In this document: piece after piece, positions 1 through 14,500 of the stretch | Layout: each line of letters begins with the position of its first letter | Position numbering within the stretch: the first letter of the stretch is position 1 | Assembly (NCBI RefSeq): GCF_001949145.1 | Contig: NW_019091358.1 | Location: 1,684,240 to 1,748,239, forward strand | Source of the DNA: Acanthaster planci | Taxonomy: Eukaryota | Reading direction: 5' to 3' | DNA length: 64,000 bases | Position numbers and translations under genes: made by a program | Notes under the pieces: model-generated | The model's database searches: none | Seen by the model: only the letters and a program-made list of their open reading frames with translations | Told to the model about the DNA's origin: nothing

Positions 1-379
1 AGGAAATCCTTCGGCCGTTAAAAGGTCAGGCCTTACTGAGTGGCTTGCTTAAGAAAACATGGCCATCCTTTCCTTGGATTAATGTGTGATTGAATTGGAT
101 CTTCAAAATAGAGCAAAGGAAACACATTTCAACAACATGCTGGTGTGGAATATTGCAGGGTACTACCTTCTTGAATTGTGATGGAACCTTTCATTTGGTA
201 AATTAGATTATCATGAAAAGGTCCCAGTGGGCTAAACTGTATTACAACTACACATGTGGGTATGATGAGGTTGGAAGCACATCAAGAAACGTATGTCTTT
301 CCATGAGGGGATGCACACAGTTTTTAGGAACTGATTGATAACCGTAAGGCTTTACAATGTTGGCTGAAGCAGAGGGCCC

Positions 380-515
380 AGTGGTATCCCCCAACTTTAA
401 GGCAGGTCCTACATTTATAATGGGGTGGGATTTTTAATGGATACGTGTAGGTCTTTCAATGACTGATGCCTGATGGTCTTACAACTGGTCCCCCACTTTT
501 AAAATCATTCCACCA
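380..515 (+). repeat. Dispersed short repeat family, one of five copies in the window
   Basis: TGACTGATGCCTGATGGTCT.ACAACTG shared with 47778-47915; related copies at 52725-52830 (+), 15797-15940 (-) and 17333-17470 (-). Confidence 0.7.
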
Positions 516-2366
516 TGACTGCCCATAGAGGCCATAATTATATGCCCCTTCAATGTATGAGCAGACTCCCTCTTTACAACTAGTCCCAGGCTATGTGAAG
601 TGAATCTTGAACAGAAGCACTTTGTAAATCCAGTGCAGAGTAAAGATGGATTGGGTGACAGATTAATCACAGTCTTGTTAACAAATGGTGAAATGCATGA
701 AGTTTGTGAGTGATGAGATTGTGGATGTTTATTTGATGGAGTATATGGAACACTGATCTCAGCTTCAAAGCTTTTGCCACACAGTTTGTGGTATCATTAA
801 AAAGGTTCCAAATCCGTAGCCATGCCAAAGTCCTTTTGTGGGTGCATGAGCTGTCACTGCTCTAAATGAAAACTCCAAAAGTGTGGGTGTGTTCCTTGCT
901 GTATGGTTTGGCCTTTGCTAGGGACTTTGCTAGATTATTGTACTTTTAATTTACCTTTGAGCAAGATAAATCTTTTAATGTGGGGAAGAGTCATATTGCC
1001 TACAGTAGCTTTATATTAAGTTCCAACCAATTGTGTGGTTGCCTCACGTGAATTGTGGTTTCCCTCCCCAATTGATAGTAACATGTAAAGGTTAAAAAGC
1101 ATGTACAGTGTGGGGATGGAAGTGTGGCTTGTACTTTTGATATGCTAAGTGCCTTTCCGAATATAGATTTATTGGTGATAATGCTGTACTCATAGAGCTA
1201 GTCCAACCGACATATTAACATCAGTTTTCTTTATGCCTCTTTAGGTGTGTGGAAATTCATATGAAAATTAAAGGCTTAAGGACTGTCCAGGTTAATTAAC
1301 TTACTGACAAGATTCTTTGTTGGCCTGAGTGATATTAGCTTAGTCCACAACAAGGTCACATGGCATAAATTACACATATTTATATGTATCCCTCCAAAAT
1401 GTACCTGTTTACTCTTAAACCCTTTTAACACTATAGAAATCTCAGGGTTGATGCGGGGCTTGTGCAAGATTGAAAACTGGCAACAATTCATACTTGAAAA
1501 TATTCGACCCTGTGCCAACCCTGCATTAACCCTGAGATTGAGTTCAATCCTGATTGAACTCAACCCTGCTCCAGACTCATGAAGGGTTAATATTTTTCAA
1601 TCCAGGTTAAAAATTCATACATTCATCATTGGCATATCCAGGTTGAACTCGAACCTGATAAGCTGGGTTTGCATGAAGCATATGAGAAGCAATGTCGGGT
1701 TGAACTTGAGTTGAAACATTGAATGTTCGACCCAGCGCAGTCATGGGCTTGCCCAAGGTTGATTTCAACTGGGGTTTAGAGGCTGCAGTGTGAAACAGCT
1801 GTTAATTTAGGTATCATGCAGCTGTGCAACCCCCCAACCCACCAAAAAAGAAAACAAATATTGGAGGGAGGTTCAGGCAAATGTAGTTTTGTTATTCTTT
1901 CCGATAGTTTCCATATATACTGCATTAAACATATGTTGCAATTTCACTTCTTTCACTTTAAATCTTCTTCAGTTTTTGCTTTTCTTTCTTTTACCCTCTT
2001 ATTTTTTTAAAGCTCCATCATCATTGGCATGTGGGAGGGAGGCAGGAAAGAGGCACTTGCCCCTCCTCCTTTGCCCCCTTGATTAATGAATAAAAAATAA
2101 GCAAAGAAAAAAGAAAAACAATGAACAAGGAAGGAGGAAAAGGAACAAATTTCCTGAAGGGTAATTACTGCCCTTCAACCGTTGATGGTTTGTCAACTTG
2201 CCATGGATGTGTATCTTGCCTTTGCTTCGAAAGAGCATTGTCCATGTCCAGTGTTACCCACTCGGTCACATAGTTCCTTCGGGAAACTGAGATGAAATGT
2301 TTGCTTGTGATGAGTTGAAAAAAGTTCTTAATTGACTTTTCAATTCTGCTTACCTCATTATTGCAG

Positions 2367-2571
2367 GAAATAGGTTGTGATGGCATCCTGGGCTCTGGCC
2401 TCAAGTTGGACAAGTGCGGCGTGTGTGGAGGCACCAACACCCAGTGTGAGGTGATGTCCGGTGTCTTCACCACCAATAACATGGGGCACGGCTACCACAA
2501 GATCACCACCATACCAACGGGAGCCATGTACATCAATGTCACTGAGCTCACCAAGAGCAGGAATTACTTGG
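2367..2571 (+). CDS. THSD4: THSD4-like exon: end of Cys-rich module and start of ADAMTS spacer
   Basis: ttgcag|EIGCDGILGSGLKLDKCGVCGGTNTQC...YINVTELTKSRNYL|gtcagt, phase 0 to 1. Confidence 0.93.
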
Positions 2572-5500
2572 GTCAGTAGGCATAGATCTGGAGACAGGGT
2601 TTTAGGATCAACCCTCCCCCTCACACTAAGTGCAAATTTTTAATTTAATGTTTAGTGGCCTGAGTCTAAAGGTTAGATCCCTTAAAAAGTATTAATTATG
2701 TAGGGGTGTTATTTTGCATGTACAGTTAAGGACAAAACAAACAGATTAATGGCTTCACCAATGGTGAAAACTACATGTACGCCCCTTGTGTGAACAGAAA
2801 TGTTTCCAACCCCCCCCTTAGAAATCTTAGATCCTCTTTTGGTCAGGAACTTGAAATGTTTGAAAGACTGTTTAGTCATTCATTTGTTACCTTAAATCAT
2901 TTGACATTGTCATTACCCCTTGTAAATCCACTCACAATTCCAGGGGATGTGAGCCAATTGGTTATCCCTGTTATCATAGCATCAGATTTGAGTTTAGGGA
3001 ACATGAGCTTTGTAAAAACCATTTTGTTCTGAAATTATCCTGTTTGTGGGCAGTTTAAAGGATGTATTCATCACCATCATGATGATTCAGGAAATCATCC
3101 ACAGTAGAGGAAGAGTGAAAACTTCCCATTTGCCATGTGGTTTGTTTGTCATGTATTGTCATGTCCCCTAATTATTGTCACTGCTGCATATGTGTAGAGA
3201 TTAGAAATTAGGTTATTTTAGCAAGAATGGCAGTGAGTTAATTACTTTCTTTGCACTTACCTGAGCATTAAACTGCATGCTTTTAACACAGATGTAGATG
3301 GACATGCACAATTTAGGTTTAAAGGAACAAGGTGCCCTGATGTCAAGGGGATTATGTAATGATCAATTGCCAAATTAATTTGATCTTTTGAAAACAAGAA
3401 TATGCATGTTTCATACACATGTTTGTAGCCTGTATTTCACAGAACTTACATGTACTTGACTTGAGTCAGATTACTATTTGCAATTCTTTCTAAACTTTAT
3501 AAAATGATGCCATAAACTTTCCATCCCATCATCCGACTTAAGGGGCCATGGTTTCACGTTGTATTGGGGGAGGCTTCCCCAAGAAGCCAGCTCAGCAGGT
3601 CGGTTACTTGGGCCAGGCCCCAGTAAGTGTGAGATGTCATGTGAATGTGAAATTGAATGCAGTCCCACTGACACAAGTGAGGACAGAAGAAGAATGAAAC
3701 CAAAAGCACTGTGTGTGAAACTGATGAGGAGTTTATTTCCTAAATGCTACAAACTCCTTTTGATTTCTTTCAGAATCCCATACTATCCTGGCTGTCCAAA
3801 GCCAGGTTGACAGGTTTTGTGTAATTTAGCAAAACTTAATTAATCAATAGAGTGAAAACAAAGGTTCAGGTTACCAGGTATACTAGTACTTTAAAAAAAA
3901 ATAAAATATATGATAACCATGGATAAATGCCTTTCAAACGGATTTATCATATGTAAAAAAAGAAAACCTCTTCATCTGTACAGCATTATTTGTTATTTCC
4001 AGTCAAATTTGTTTTGCATCATAGGATAGAACTGAAATTACAATTTGGTCATTTTCCCTTAGCCACTTGTTTCATTCCTTTTCTGAGATTTTTTTGTATG
4101 AACTGACTTGTAGACATTTTCCCTTGCTGAATATTTCTTTTATTTTGATCATTTGATTTGACAGCTCTTGAAGGTGTGAATGGAAACAAATACATCAATA
4201 TGGACTGGAAGATTGACCCTCCGGGCAACTACTCTGTCGCTGGCACATTTTTCATTTACAAAAGAATGCCTGGCAGAACAGGAGTCGGTGAGCAGTTACT
4301 TGCTGATGGACCTACTACAGAGGACCTGAATTTAATTGTAAGTAATTTTGCTATTTTGGGAAGGAAGAGGTTCCTGTGAGTGCTTGTACTTGTTGTTCTG
4401 CAATAGCTGGCTTCTCTGGTGGCAGAAGGGGCAAGGTGGCCCCCTTCCACTTGGCATGTCTTGTACAGAGTTTCATGTTTCCGCACTTGCATCACATACC
4501 TTTTTGGTACACGTCTTTAATGTTATGCAATCACTGTTAATTACTATGGGGCATAGGTCTGGTGTGGCAAAAATTACCTGCAAACTTTTGAATAGTTAAC
4601 TGACCATATCTACTTTCATTCGAGCAAAAAAGATAAATAGTCCAAGGAGGTCTGATAAAGTTAAAGTCCTTAACGTAGCTGTCTGAATTCATTTGTTTTG
4701 ATGTGTTCTTGTGAGTTTTAATGATAGAATTTGCTGGACTCTTTCTGGTTGGATGTTTTTATGACAAACATCTTGAAGTGATTTTCAGACTTAAAATGAT
4801 TTAATATTTATTTGTGGGCTATTCTAATTAAAGCAAGTGCCTACTGTTTCTTGTTTAAGTTGGCAAAATGTTTACACCTTGATTATGTCAATATTAAGTT
4901 GTTAATGTTCACCTTGAAATGTTCACAGATGTTCGTCTGTGTCCTCAGTGTTTGTGTTGGTGTATGCTCGAGGTAAGGATAAAAAATCAACTGGTCCCCT
5001 TGAATCCCATGTTTGTACAAGAACAATATTTACCTTACAGGCCACCATTTGTATTTTTATCTGTTTTGAAATTTATTTCCCTGCAGCTGATCAGCCAGCA
5101 AAAAAATCCCGGAATTTCTTATGAGTACTCTGTACCAAGAAAGATGCCTGGCCATGGGGTGGCATCCCCTATGTCCAGTTTGCCCCAGCCCAAGCCAGTT
5201 GTACCACAGAGGGGACAGGTTATCATCCGGCAGGATACTCCACAATCCAGGTCTCAGGTACAGCACTGTCTTTTAACCACTTGGTGAGGGAGGACATGTA
5301 AACACCATCCAGGAGCCTGGGTGAAATGCCGAGTGAGGACATGCCTTGACTGGGCTGAAATCTTAACAGTCAAGCATTCCTCAACTCGCCCCACCTTCAG
5401 TAGATGATTATTAACACCCTAATGCCCCTTTTGTTTTGTACACACACACAGAAAGTCCAAGAAGAGTGTTGAAGTGGACTCTGTCATGAACTTGGCTACT

Positions 5501-8500
5501 GTGCATTGCCTGTTGTGATAACAAATATTCTATGGGTACACCCTAGAGTCTTTAAAAATATGAAGTTGCTGTAAGAAATAGCATAGGAATACTTTTCGGA
5601 TGGCTCTTAAGCTTGTGATTCAATATTTGAAAAGTTCGCTGCTGTTTGTAGAAAGTCAAAAGGTTTTTGCCATAACTACAGATTAGTGCTCGGTTGGCTT
5701 TAAGGACACAAGTTCTCTTTCGGCTGTACTCTGCTTCATGTACATGTACCACTGCATGTTTCATGGAGTTGTCCAAAGTGGGAAATTCATGTGAAAGATT
5801 TTCCTTACATTTGCATGTTTTATAACATGCAGTTTTGTAGGCACCTAGCTGATTTTGTTGTCCGGCATAGGCTCAATGCCCAATGTACCTAGTGGATCAT
5901 CCAGCCATGTCCATTACCTATGACCTAAATGTTTGCAGATGCTGCATAGCATGTTGCAGCTATTTATGGACTCTGATGTGTTAAATCATCAGTAATGCCA
6001 TAATGTAAATGTACTCTCAATTTGCCAGAGCATCAATTCTAATAGTCCAATAAACAACTTCCTTGTCATTTCTGCTTCCCCAGAGGAGCACAAGTTTCCT
6101 CCAGTAACATGTCTCAGCCTCAGGCAACAGAAAATAAGCACTAACAAAAACTTTTGATTTGGCAGGTAATTGATGCAGGAAGACCCCAATATGAGGACTG
6201 ACAATTTAAGTGTCATGTGATCTACATCTGATTGACACTGATTTATGCTAACTGATTAGGAACAATTAGAGTCAATGAGCCAAAGGCAAGAGGCTTGAGA
6301 GTGAGATAACAGGATCAAACAAGGGTCAAGGGTCAAGCAAGGGCATGCAGGGTGTGACCCCCTGATGAGTAGCTGGCCCTCCTTTGGCAAAAACTATAAG
6401 CGTCAAAATTTACTATTGTTCTTGCAATCTGCCCCCTAGCTGATACGAAGGCCTCCCAATGCTTTGAAAGCGGCGATGAGGATGCTAATTTGACCTTTGC
6501 AGTTTTGTAAAATAAAAAGAAGCTGTGAACAGTGTGTTTGATTTAGCTAGGTTATAATCCCACCTTACTGTTTTCATTCCTAGAGCATAAAAGTGTACCC
6601 ATTTTTCTTGTTTTTTTGGCATTCATAGGTCAGTGGTGGTGTGTCATTGAGTACTTTCTTGAGTGCTGGCCAACCAGCCCCAGTCTTTCCGTCAACAGGC
6701 TCCAAAGAAAACCATGCACAGAGTCCTGTGGAACCATCAGCACAACCAGACGAAGGAACAAGCTTCAGTCCGCAGGGCCCAGAGACTGATCCCAGTGGCC
6801 AACTACAGAGTGATGGCCATCGGGGGTCAGATCGGGATGCCGAAACCCATCAACTGGGCAGTGACCACTCTGGCAACAAACATCTGGGGAAAGGTCGTGG
6901 GCACCATCGAGGTGCTGGCCAGCACGGGAATCATGATGCAGACAGAGGCCAAGATGACAGTGGTCCGAGCCGGAGTGAAGTTGGCAGCCGTCCCCGAGAC
7001 GACCAGCCAGAGGAACCACAAGCAGACAGCGGCTTTGCAACATATCCTGCTGAGCCTTTCAGCGGCGTTGGGACGCAGGCCAGGGAGCTGCCAGACTCAG
7101 TGTACCAGCAAGCAGTGTCTGCCAGAGAGCAGGGAGGAACTGGAAACCCCAGGCAGGGCCAACAATACCAGGCCCACAGGGATAGAGCCAATCCAGGAAG
7201 TGGCTCACACCTCGGCAGTAGTGGCCGCCGGCAGCATATCCAGCCCAACCCTCAACCAGTCAATCCATATCCAGGCAGATACCAAACTTTCCCTAATCCA
7301 AATCCTTATTACCCAAATGGAAATCCAAATCCTTACCCAAATTCTAATCACGATCCCAATCCATACCCAAATCGTAACCCATATCCCAACCAAAACCCCA
7401 ACCGGTACCCAAACCCCAACCCTTATCCTAATGGCAATCCGCAAAGACCCTATTCCAATGCCAAACCCAGTATGAATCCTTATCAGAGCCAAGGTGCTAA
7501 TCCTAACCCCTACCCCAATCCCAACCCTAAGCCAAACCCTGGTAACCCCTACCCGAACCCTTACCCAAACCGCTATCCTAATGGTCAGGACCCAGCATCG
7601 GGCAGGTCTCCATCCAACCCACAGCAGCCCCAGAGGCCCTACCTGGAAATTGACCCCATTGAGTCCCATCGTGGGAGCAGCGAGGGATCAAGCACTTTCG
7701 GCTCCAGTGATTTTTCAGCCCTGGAAGGCAGCCAGTATGGTAGCAGGGATTCACAGGCCAGATACGGCTGGATTGATGCAGGACTGACTGAGTGCTCTGC
7801 AAGCTGTGCTGGAGGTAAGCTTCTGAAACTTCATTCTATTGGATGCCATCTTTTGGCAATGTTTCCTTACAGCTAGCTTCTCTGCTAGGTTTTGAAATTT
7901 ACTGTTTCACATCATTTCCTTTTTGTAGTGAGAATGATTGCTAGACAAAAGAAATCAGTAATATTTTAGGGGTATGGAAGCATTTTTGGTTACTCTGTTA
8001 ATTAATGTGCTCTTTATAGTTGATTTCATTTTAATTGGATTAATCAGTATTTTGTGAAATATAAATCTTCCTTTCGGAAGATGCAAGATAATTACATTTA
8101 CCTAAATCCTCTTCGAGCAATAAATCTAAAACTTCCACATGTAGAACTTTAAACAAACTGTTTTTAGGTGTATAAAGACATTCTAAAACAAGCACATAGC
8201 CCCCTCTAAAAGTGGTCTTTAATGGAATTCACACAAATGTTTGTGAATAATTGAATGGTTGAACATTCATAAAGATTCAACAGAATATTCCTAAAAAATT
8301 TGCCCAAATTTATTCCACTTTTAATAAAAAAATTTCAGCTTTTTACAGTGATGATCACCTAACTGCTTTATTAGCTTTCTAGTGAACTTGTTTTGGAAGC
8401 ACATATAAAGCTGAATTGGAGAGTGGGCTGGGACTCAGATTTTTCTTTGTTTTTTGACTGCTTATTTTGAGATTCTTTCCTAAAAATCTTTGGCAACTGC

Positions 8501-11500
8501 CTGAAATTGCAAGATACCTTCTAAATTACCTTTAGCAATTCAATGATTGACAGAGAACGGAAATATTTCCGCCAGTCAGGGGTTAACTTGTCAGGATCTC
8601 GGTGAAGTGAGAGAGCACTGACATCATGGTGTACTCCTCTGGTCTTAAAATAACCCAGCTAGTCTTGTTTTTAAACAAATTTCTTCTGAAGCTGAAACGA
8701 GGGAAGTTATCGAGATTAGAACCATCAGTAGGTATGCCATGCTTTATTAGCACTGCCAAATCTATGCACTACCATTCAGTATCCCCCACCGAAAGGATTT
8801 TTATTATACTTGCCGACGTATGTTTGTTTTCATTTTTGTGATGTTGGTTGTGAAAAATTGGTAATTGGGATACTCGTATCTGAGAAGTTAAAAGATGTCA
8901 CTATTTGATAAAGGGTAAAAATTGCCTCTCTTGCAAAGGCACAGTTTGACATGTAATTCACAATCTGGTATTTCTTTAACGTGCATGTACCCATATGTGT
9001 ATGTAGCATACAGTGTTTAGTTTTCCCTTTAAACAATTTTCAAAGGACAGGGTAAAGGATGGTAGTGCAGGACATAGTTTACAGCTTGTCCTTAAATGTG
9101 GAAAGAGTTTCCATAGATAATAATCATCTCCCGAATTCAACTCCAACGTCAAGCATCAAAACTGTATCATGTCCTGTTATCCCCCAGCAACGCACTTGTA
9201 CCTCTTCCTCTTTTAATAAACCTTGGCAAGGACCCAGTTACTGTGGTCTTGTCTGCTATGACTCAACCCTAGTATTGATCAGGCATGTAGTAATGCTGAA
9301 TACATGTACAAACATGAACATATTGTTTTCATTTGGCATGTGTAAACACATGGTTGGAAATTATCCACATACTTCTGTCACTTTGTGCCAACACTGCACA
9401 TGAATTGTTTTTGCTGATTTGTGAGCTGACCTATGGTATATTGGATTAAAGTCTTTGAAAGCCACTCCTGATAAATCACTGTTTGTGGCTTTTCCATGCA
9501 GTTGTATGGGTACTACTGCATCATGCTTTTTCCAGGAAAGTGTTTTATGGGGTGCAGTCCTGTTCTTGTTTTAGTTCTTAGTATGAGGTAAAACTTTCAA
9601 AATCTTTCCCACTGTCTTTGCACACATTCTTACATTAAAAATTTACCTGAAAAATAGAAGTGGAAATTCCTACCATTTCAGAAAATAGCTGTAAAATCTG
9701 ATCAGTATAGGAAAGGGAAGCAAAGTTCGTAACAATGACATTAAGAAACTTAAGAACCATAATAATGTTCATTGCATAATTGTATAAAATTGGACTTTAA
9801 ATAAGGGACTTAGTGTGTAATGGGGTAGTTTCAAACTCATTTTTACAGGGTCTTCAGAAAGTTCAGATGACAATGGACCAAGCTAGGTTAGGTCCATAAT
9901 CATTCAGGGCCCCTACGAGTTTTAAAAGCACTACATTTTGTTTTAAATTGACCCATCTGGTTTTTATTTCTCTTCATTTATACCTTTTTGGTGGCAAAAT
10001 AAAAATAACTCGAAAATTCTTACCTTACCTTGTGGTTTTTGGAACACCCTTCTAACCATATGGATGGTTTGAGCCTTGCACTCGCAATACAATATCTCCC
10101 TGGTACAGAAATTGGTGCACGTTGTGCATGCTGTGATGCAGCATGCAGCTGAGCTCGTGTTAAGTGAAAATTTGATGCTGTATAAAATGTGAACTCATTG
10201 GTTGTGTCGCCCATACCTACATGACAACAATGACTGTCATGAATGAAGGTTGTAATCCACAAAGTAGGAGTCACAATTTCATATCAGGATTGTGCTAAAA
10301 AACCATGTTACTATTATTATCTATTCAAACCTGCCCATGTGAGAGGCTGTCAACTGATAGAAATGGGTAAACTTCCTTAGGTATTTATGAATAGTTGATT
10401 GCTTGAGACAATGTGCCTAGAAAATAACATAAATTAACCCTTTTTAAAATTTGAGGAAACAGGCCCCGATTTGCAAAAATTGTTCCAGGAGCCAAATCAT
10501 TATTTGTTTCCTCAGTCTCAGCCACAACATGAAGAGAGGGGCATTACTGAATTGATTTCATCCGAAGAAAATTTAGGCAGCTTGCCTAGTTTCCTTTGAA
10601 AAAGTTGAGTAAACTATTGACCTATACAATTTTCCATTTCAGTTCTGTTTTGTCTATGTGCAAGAACTACAGTAGTCTTAGTACATACCTGTTGCAATAA
10701 TAAATCTGCGTGCACAAATAGTGTATTTTCATGGAAGGCTTTCAGTGAAACTGGTTACACGTTACTGCTAATTGGACTCCATTTGAGAGTGACAGATCCC
10801 ATTTGGATAGACCTTCTTCACAAGTCCTTTTTCTTCACACGTTCCTTTTTTTCTACATCCTTTTTCTGGAAAGGCTGTTTTGATCTTGACAGCAGTGAGG
10901 GAAAATTCTGTTTTATGTATCTCATATCAGGGTATTCAAAGTTTGGATGGGGAAAATAATGTAGCAGGATACCCAAATTGCCTGCTTTCAACTGCCTTTG
11001 GCTCTTGTTGTCAGTGATTTTAAGAAGACCTTTCTGAAGTTTCTTGTGGTATTGCAACAGTATTATTTTTTTTGGGGGGGGGGAAAGGAGGGCTTGTCTT
11101 TGGTTTTGGTTCTTGTTGTTGTTTTGTCGTGTTTTGACTTAAGTATGATATCTTGTTTTCTCACCTAGATCTTTGGTGAATACAGGGTTCTCCTGAAGTA
11201 CACAGTACATGTGGTGGTATTTTTGTTTGGCAACCAACAGGAAATTGGCCTATTGCTCTAACCCTGCCTTCAGCCAGAGGTTGTGCATTATCTCTGCCCA
11301 CTGCACCTACCTCTCAACTTCCTTAAGACAAGGGGGCTTATCCCCAAAGATGCAAGGTAATTTTCCCGTGGGATCGGGCCCTTATGGAAATAGCAGGTCA
11401 TCTATGGGTGGTACCTCTTTACCCAAGGGGAAAGTCCTGCACTATTTAGCTCCAGATTTAGATTTTAAATTTTTCTCCTCCCTACTTTAAAAAGACCACT

Positions 11501-14500
11501 TTTGGGGTTGGCACGACACTCTGGGATAGCACAGGGTAGGCAGCCTAAAGTTTAGCCACACAGATTCGGGTGCCACATGTATATGATTATGAACCTTAAA
11601 AAGAATCACATACCGATTTCAACTGTTGCCTCCTCATGCAGCCTGAAGAAAAGACGTTTCCATTTTTAGATAGGCCTATAGCTTTTTGAATGCTGGTAGT
11701 TGTCAATTACTAAAGTTTGAATGGTCATTTATACAAGGACCAATCAACCATCAGTCATCATAAGCCTACTCAATGTTTACAATTAAAGCATGCATATTAA
11801 CACATGCCTAGCAAATTTTAGCAGCAGTGCAGTACAAATTAATAATTATCAGTTCTAACGAAGATTGTCATATTTAATCTTAGTTGTGTATCCATCAGGG
11901 ATCCAGGGGTATCCCCTGGCATGGGTGTCGATATTTTTTCATATGTGGGGGGGAGATAATTTCTGAAAGGTCATCCTTGTGCCAAACTTGACATGGCACA
12001 GGGTCCAAGGGCCTACTTAGGGGGATGATTATATTGGTAATCCTCCCTGGTATAAAAGCCATGCCCCTGGAGTGAGAGTTTTTTCGTTGAAAGAAAAAAA
12101 TGAGAGAGAGAGACAGTTTGGGGACTGTTTCACCCCCTTCCCAATGCATATAAAAAGTTCCAAAAGTTAACATTAACCTGCAAAAAAGCAAAAAAGGTTA
12201 TGAGCTGAGTAACCTCAGATTGTTGTGACTGCCTCAGTGCGGTCTCCTTAAGTCTGGATGTCACTTCATTCATCACCTGCTTTATCTTGTCCGCTTCTCA
12301 AGGAGAATTAATGCTATACTGCAAGTTCATGTTCCCAACCGGACTCAGCCAATTGAGGTTTGTGGGCCTGATCTAAGCATGTCGATTCCTTTTCAAGTAG
12401 GATGTAAAGAAGGAAAACCATGCACATGCACCAACCATCTTTTCAGGTGGTTTGAGCATACCTCATTGAAAACTTTAACACAGAAATAAGGGGCAGGAAA
12501 GCCTAATTCTGTTAATCAGTTAAGAATCCATGCACAGTAACATTCCTGAGATTCAGGATGCTTTTCTTTGATAATTGACTGAAAGGGTTAGTGGAAATAC
12601 ATGTGCACTATGCCATAAAAATGATGCGATTTACGTAGTACAATTCTAGAAGTGCCAACATTGTGATCCTGTTAAGCTTAATTGAAAAATTAGGCTGAGT
12701 GCATGTGCAGCTGTAATAAACATGTAACTAGACACTAATGCCTGGTTCTTAAGAAAAATATTTTTTTCTGCTCACTCTTTCATTGACAAAGCTCTTGTAT
12801 TTACACGTACATGTAGGTCTGATGTGCTCAAAATGCTGCAGACTAGGCCACCCTTGATGGCTTTAGGCTGTCCAACCCATATTTCATTTAGCTGTGGTTC
12901 AGTTATGTGGAAAAATGGGATTTGTATGCCATGAAAATATTTTTCAAAATCCTGGCTTGGGTCCCGAGGAAAGCAGATGACCCTGCCAACTTTACATGTC
13001 TGACAAGTATTTTTGCATCTATAGGTAGCCTTTACATCTTAAGAACAAGCTGATGTGTATTGGTAGCTTTCTGAAGTAGATTTGGACTGGCAGGGAGCCA
13101 TTTCATTGATAAAGTGCACATGGTGGAAAGAGTTAGACTTGGCAAGACCTTTTTATGCTACACGTGTGTTTGTCATAGGGATTAGTTTAGTCTCTTTTTT
13201 GAAAATGAATGAGATTGAGGGAGCGTTAGTAATAATGTGTGTTTGGAAAAAAATCAATCAATTGTAGCTAGAAATTGCTGGGAGACTTTTCAGAAAATGA
13301 TATGTTAGCACTGCCACCTGTGCCTGGTTAATGGGGATGGTTTACCTTAAAGTAAATGTATGTAAAAGCCATTAGGGACTTTTTGGGGGGATAATTTCTG
13401 TCGAATTTGAGTTTGACTTTTCTCATTGATTTCCATCACTTGAAGTTTGAGAGTGGTTTCTGTTTGCTGCAGGGGATAGGCCTTAATCTGGAGAGACTAG
13501 CCTCAGTTTTGTTTATTTTTTTGTTGTTGATTTTTGAAGGAAAGTTGCGACTAAATTGCAGAGACAGCAAAATTTGTCCCCATAACGTTTTGGTCCCACA
13601 ATGGCAGTATATAGCAACAAGAGTGTAGGCCCCTCAACCAAGGAATAAGTGAGTGTGTTCACCCAAGATCAAACACTCTAAGATGTAGTATTTGTTACAA
13701 AATGCTTTTACCAAAGATCTTCTCACTGCAATGTTTGTTGGCATCATAATACCGTGCACTGTATCTTCATCAGTTACATGAAATAAGTCTAGCACACAGG
13801 TTAAAGAATTTTTGTTTTATAGATCAGTGCTCCATTATGCAACTCTGATTACAAATATTTGTGCAGTCATCAGTATAGGTGTTAGCACAATTTGGGTTAA
13901 CCACTTCTTCTTGGGGTGGGGGCAGGGATTTGTTGGGGAAGCTCTCATCAGCTGAAAAAAATAAACAATTAAAGTGGGAGGGGGTTAATCCCAGACAGCA
14001 AACCGTCAGCAACAGTCGGCAGGGGTCTAAAAATGTCGCCGTCGGTATCAAACATTGGGCAAATGTTGGCTACAGATGTATAACTGCTTTATTTCTATAT
14101 GCATCACAGAGTTGATCAGCCTACGTCAGTTTTTTGTCGAAATACAAAGTCAATTTGAAGTCAACCTTTGAACGTTGAACTTTTGTCTGAATATGGTCAG
14201 TATCTGACAATAGTCAATGGTCCATGTTCTGACGTCGGGTGGACGTCCCATCTGTAGTCTCTGTGTGACTTACATCTGCACTGTACAATGTTACTGTAAA
14301 ATGTATAATGTTGTACTGCCTTTTGAGACAGTAATCTACTATAAACCACCTTTACATTTGTTACACATATGTAGTTTGCATATAAATGCCATTCATTGCC
14401 GGAAAAAGTAATATTTTAATGAGAACGAATTTTTTTTGTTTTCCATCTACCCACCGTGATTACTTTAAGGAGGCTTATAAACAAAAAACAGCTCCAATTT

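Noticed and set aside
6663..7475. 270-aa ORF overlapping the linker exon in the +1 frame
   Set aside because: Stops in this frame need Leu/Ile/Val/Met codons in the main frame, which are rare in the disordered linker. It starts at GTG and has no recognisable domain, so it is a shadow ORF.
7205..7669. 154-aa antisense ORF rich in W/I/V/R
   Set aside because: Reverse-complement translation of the NPYP repeat.
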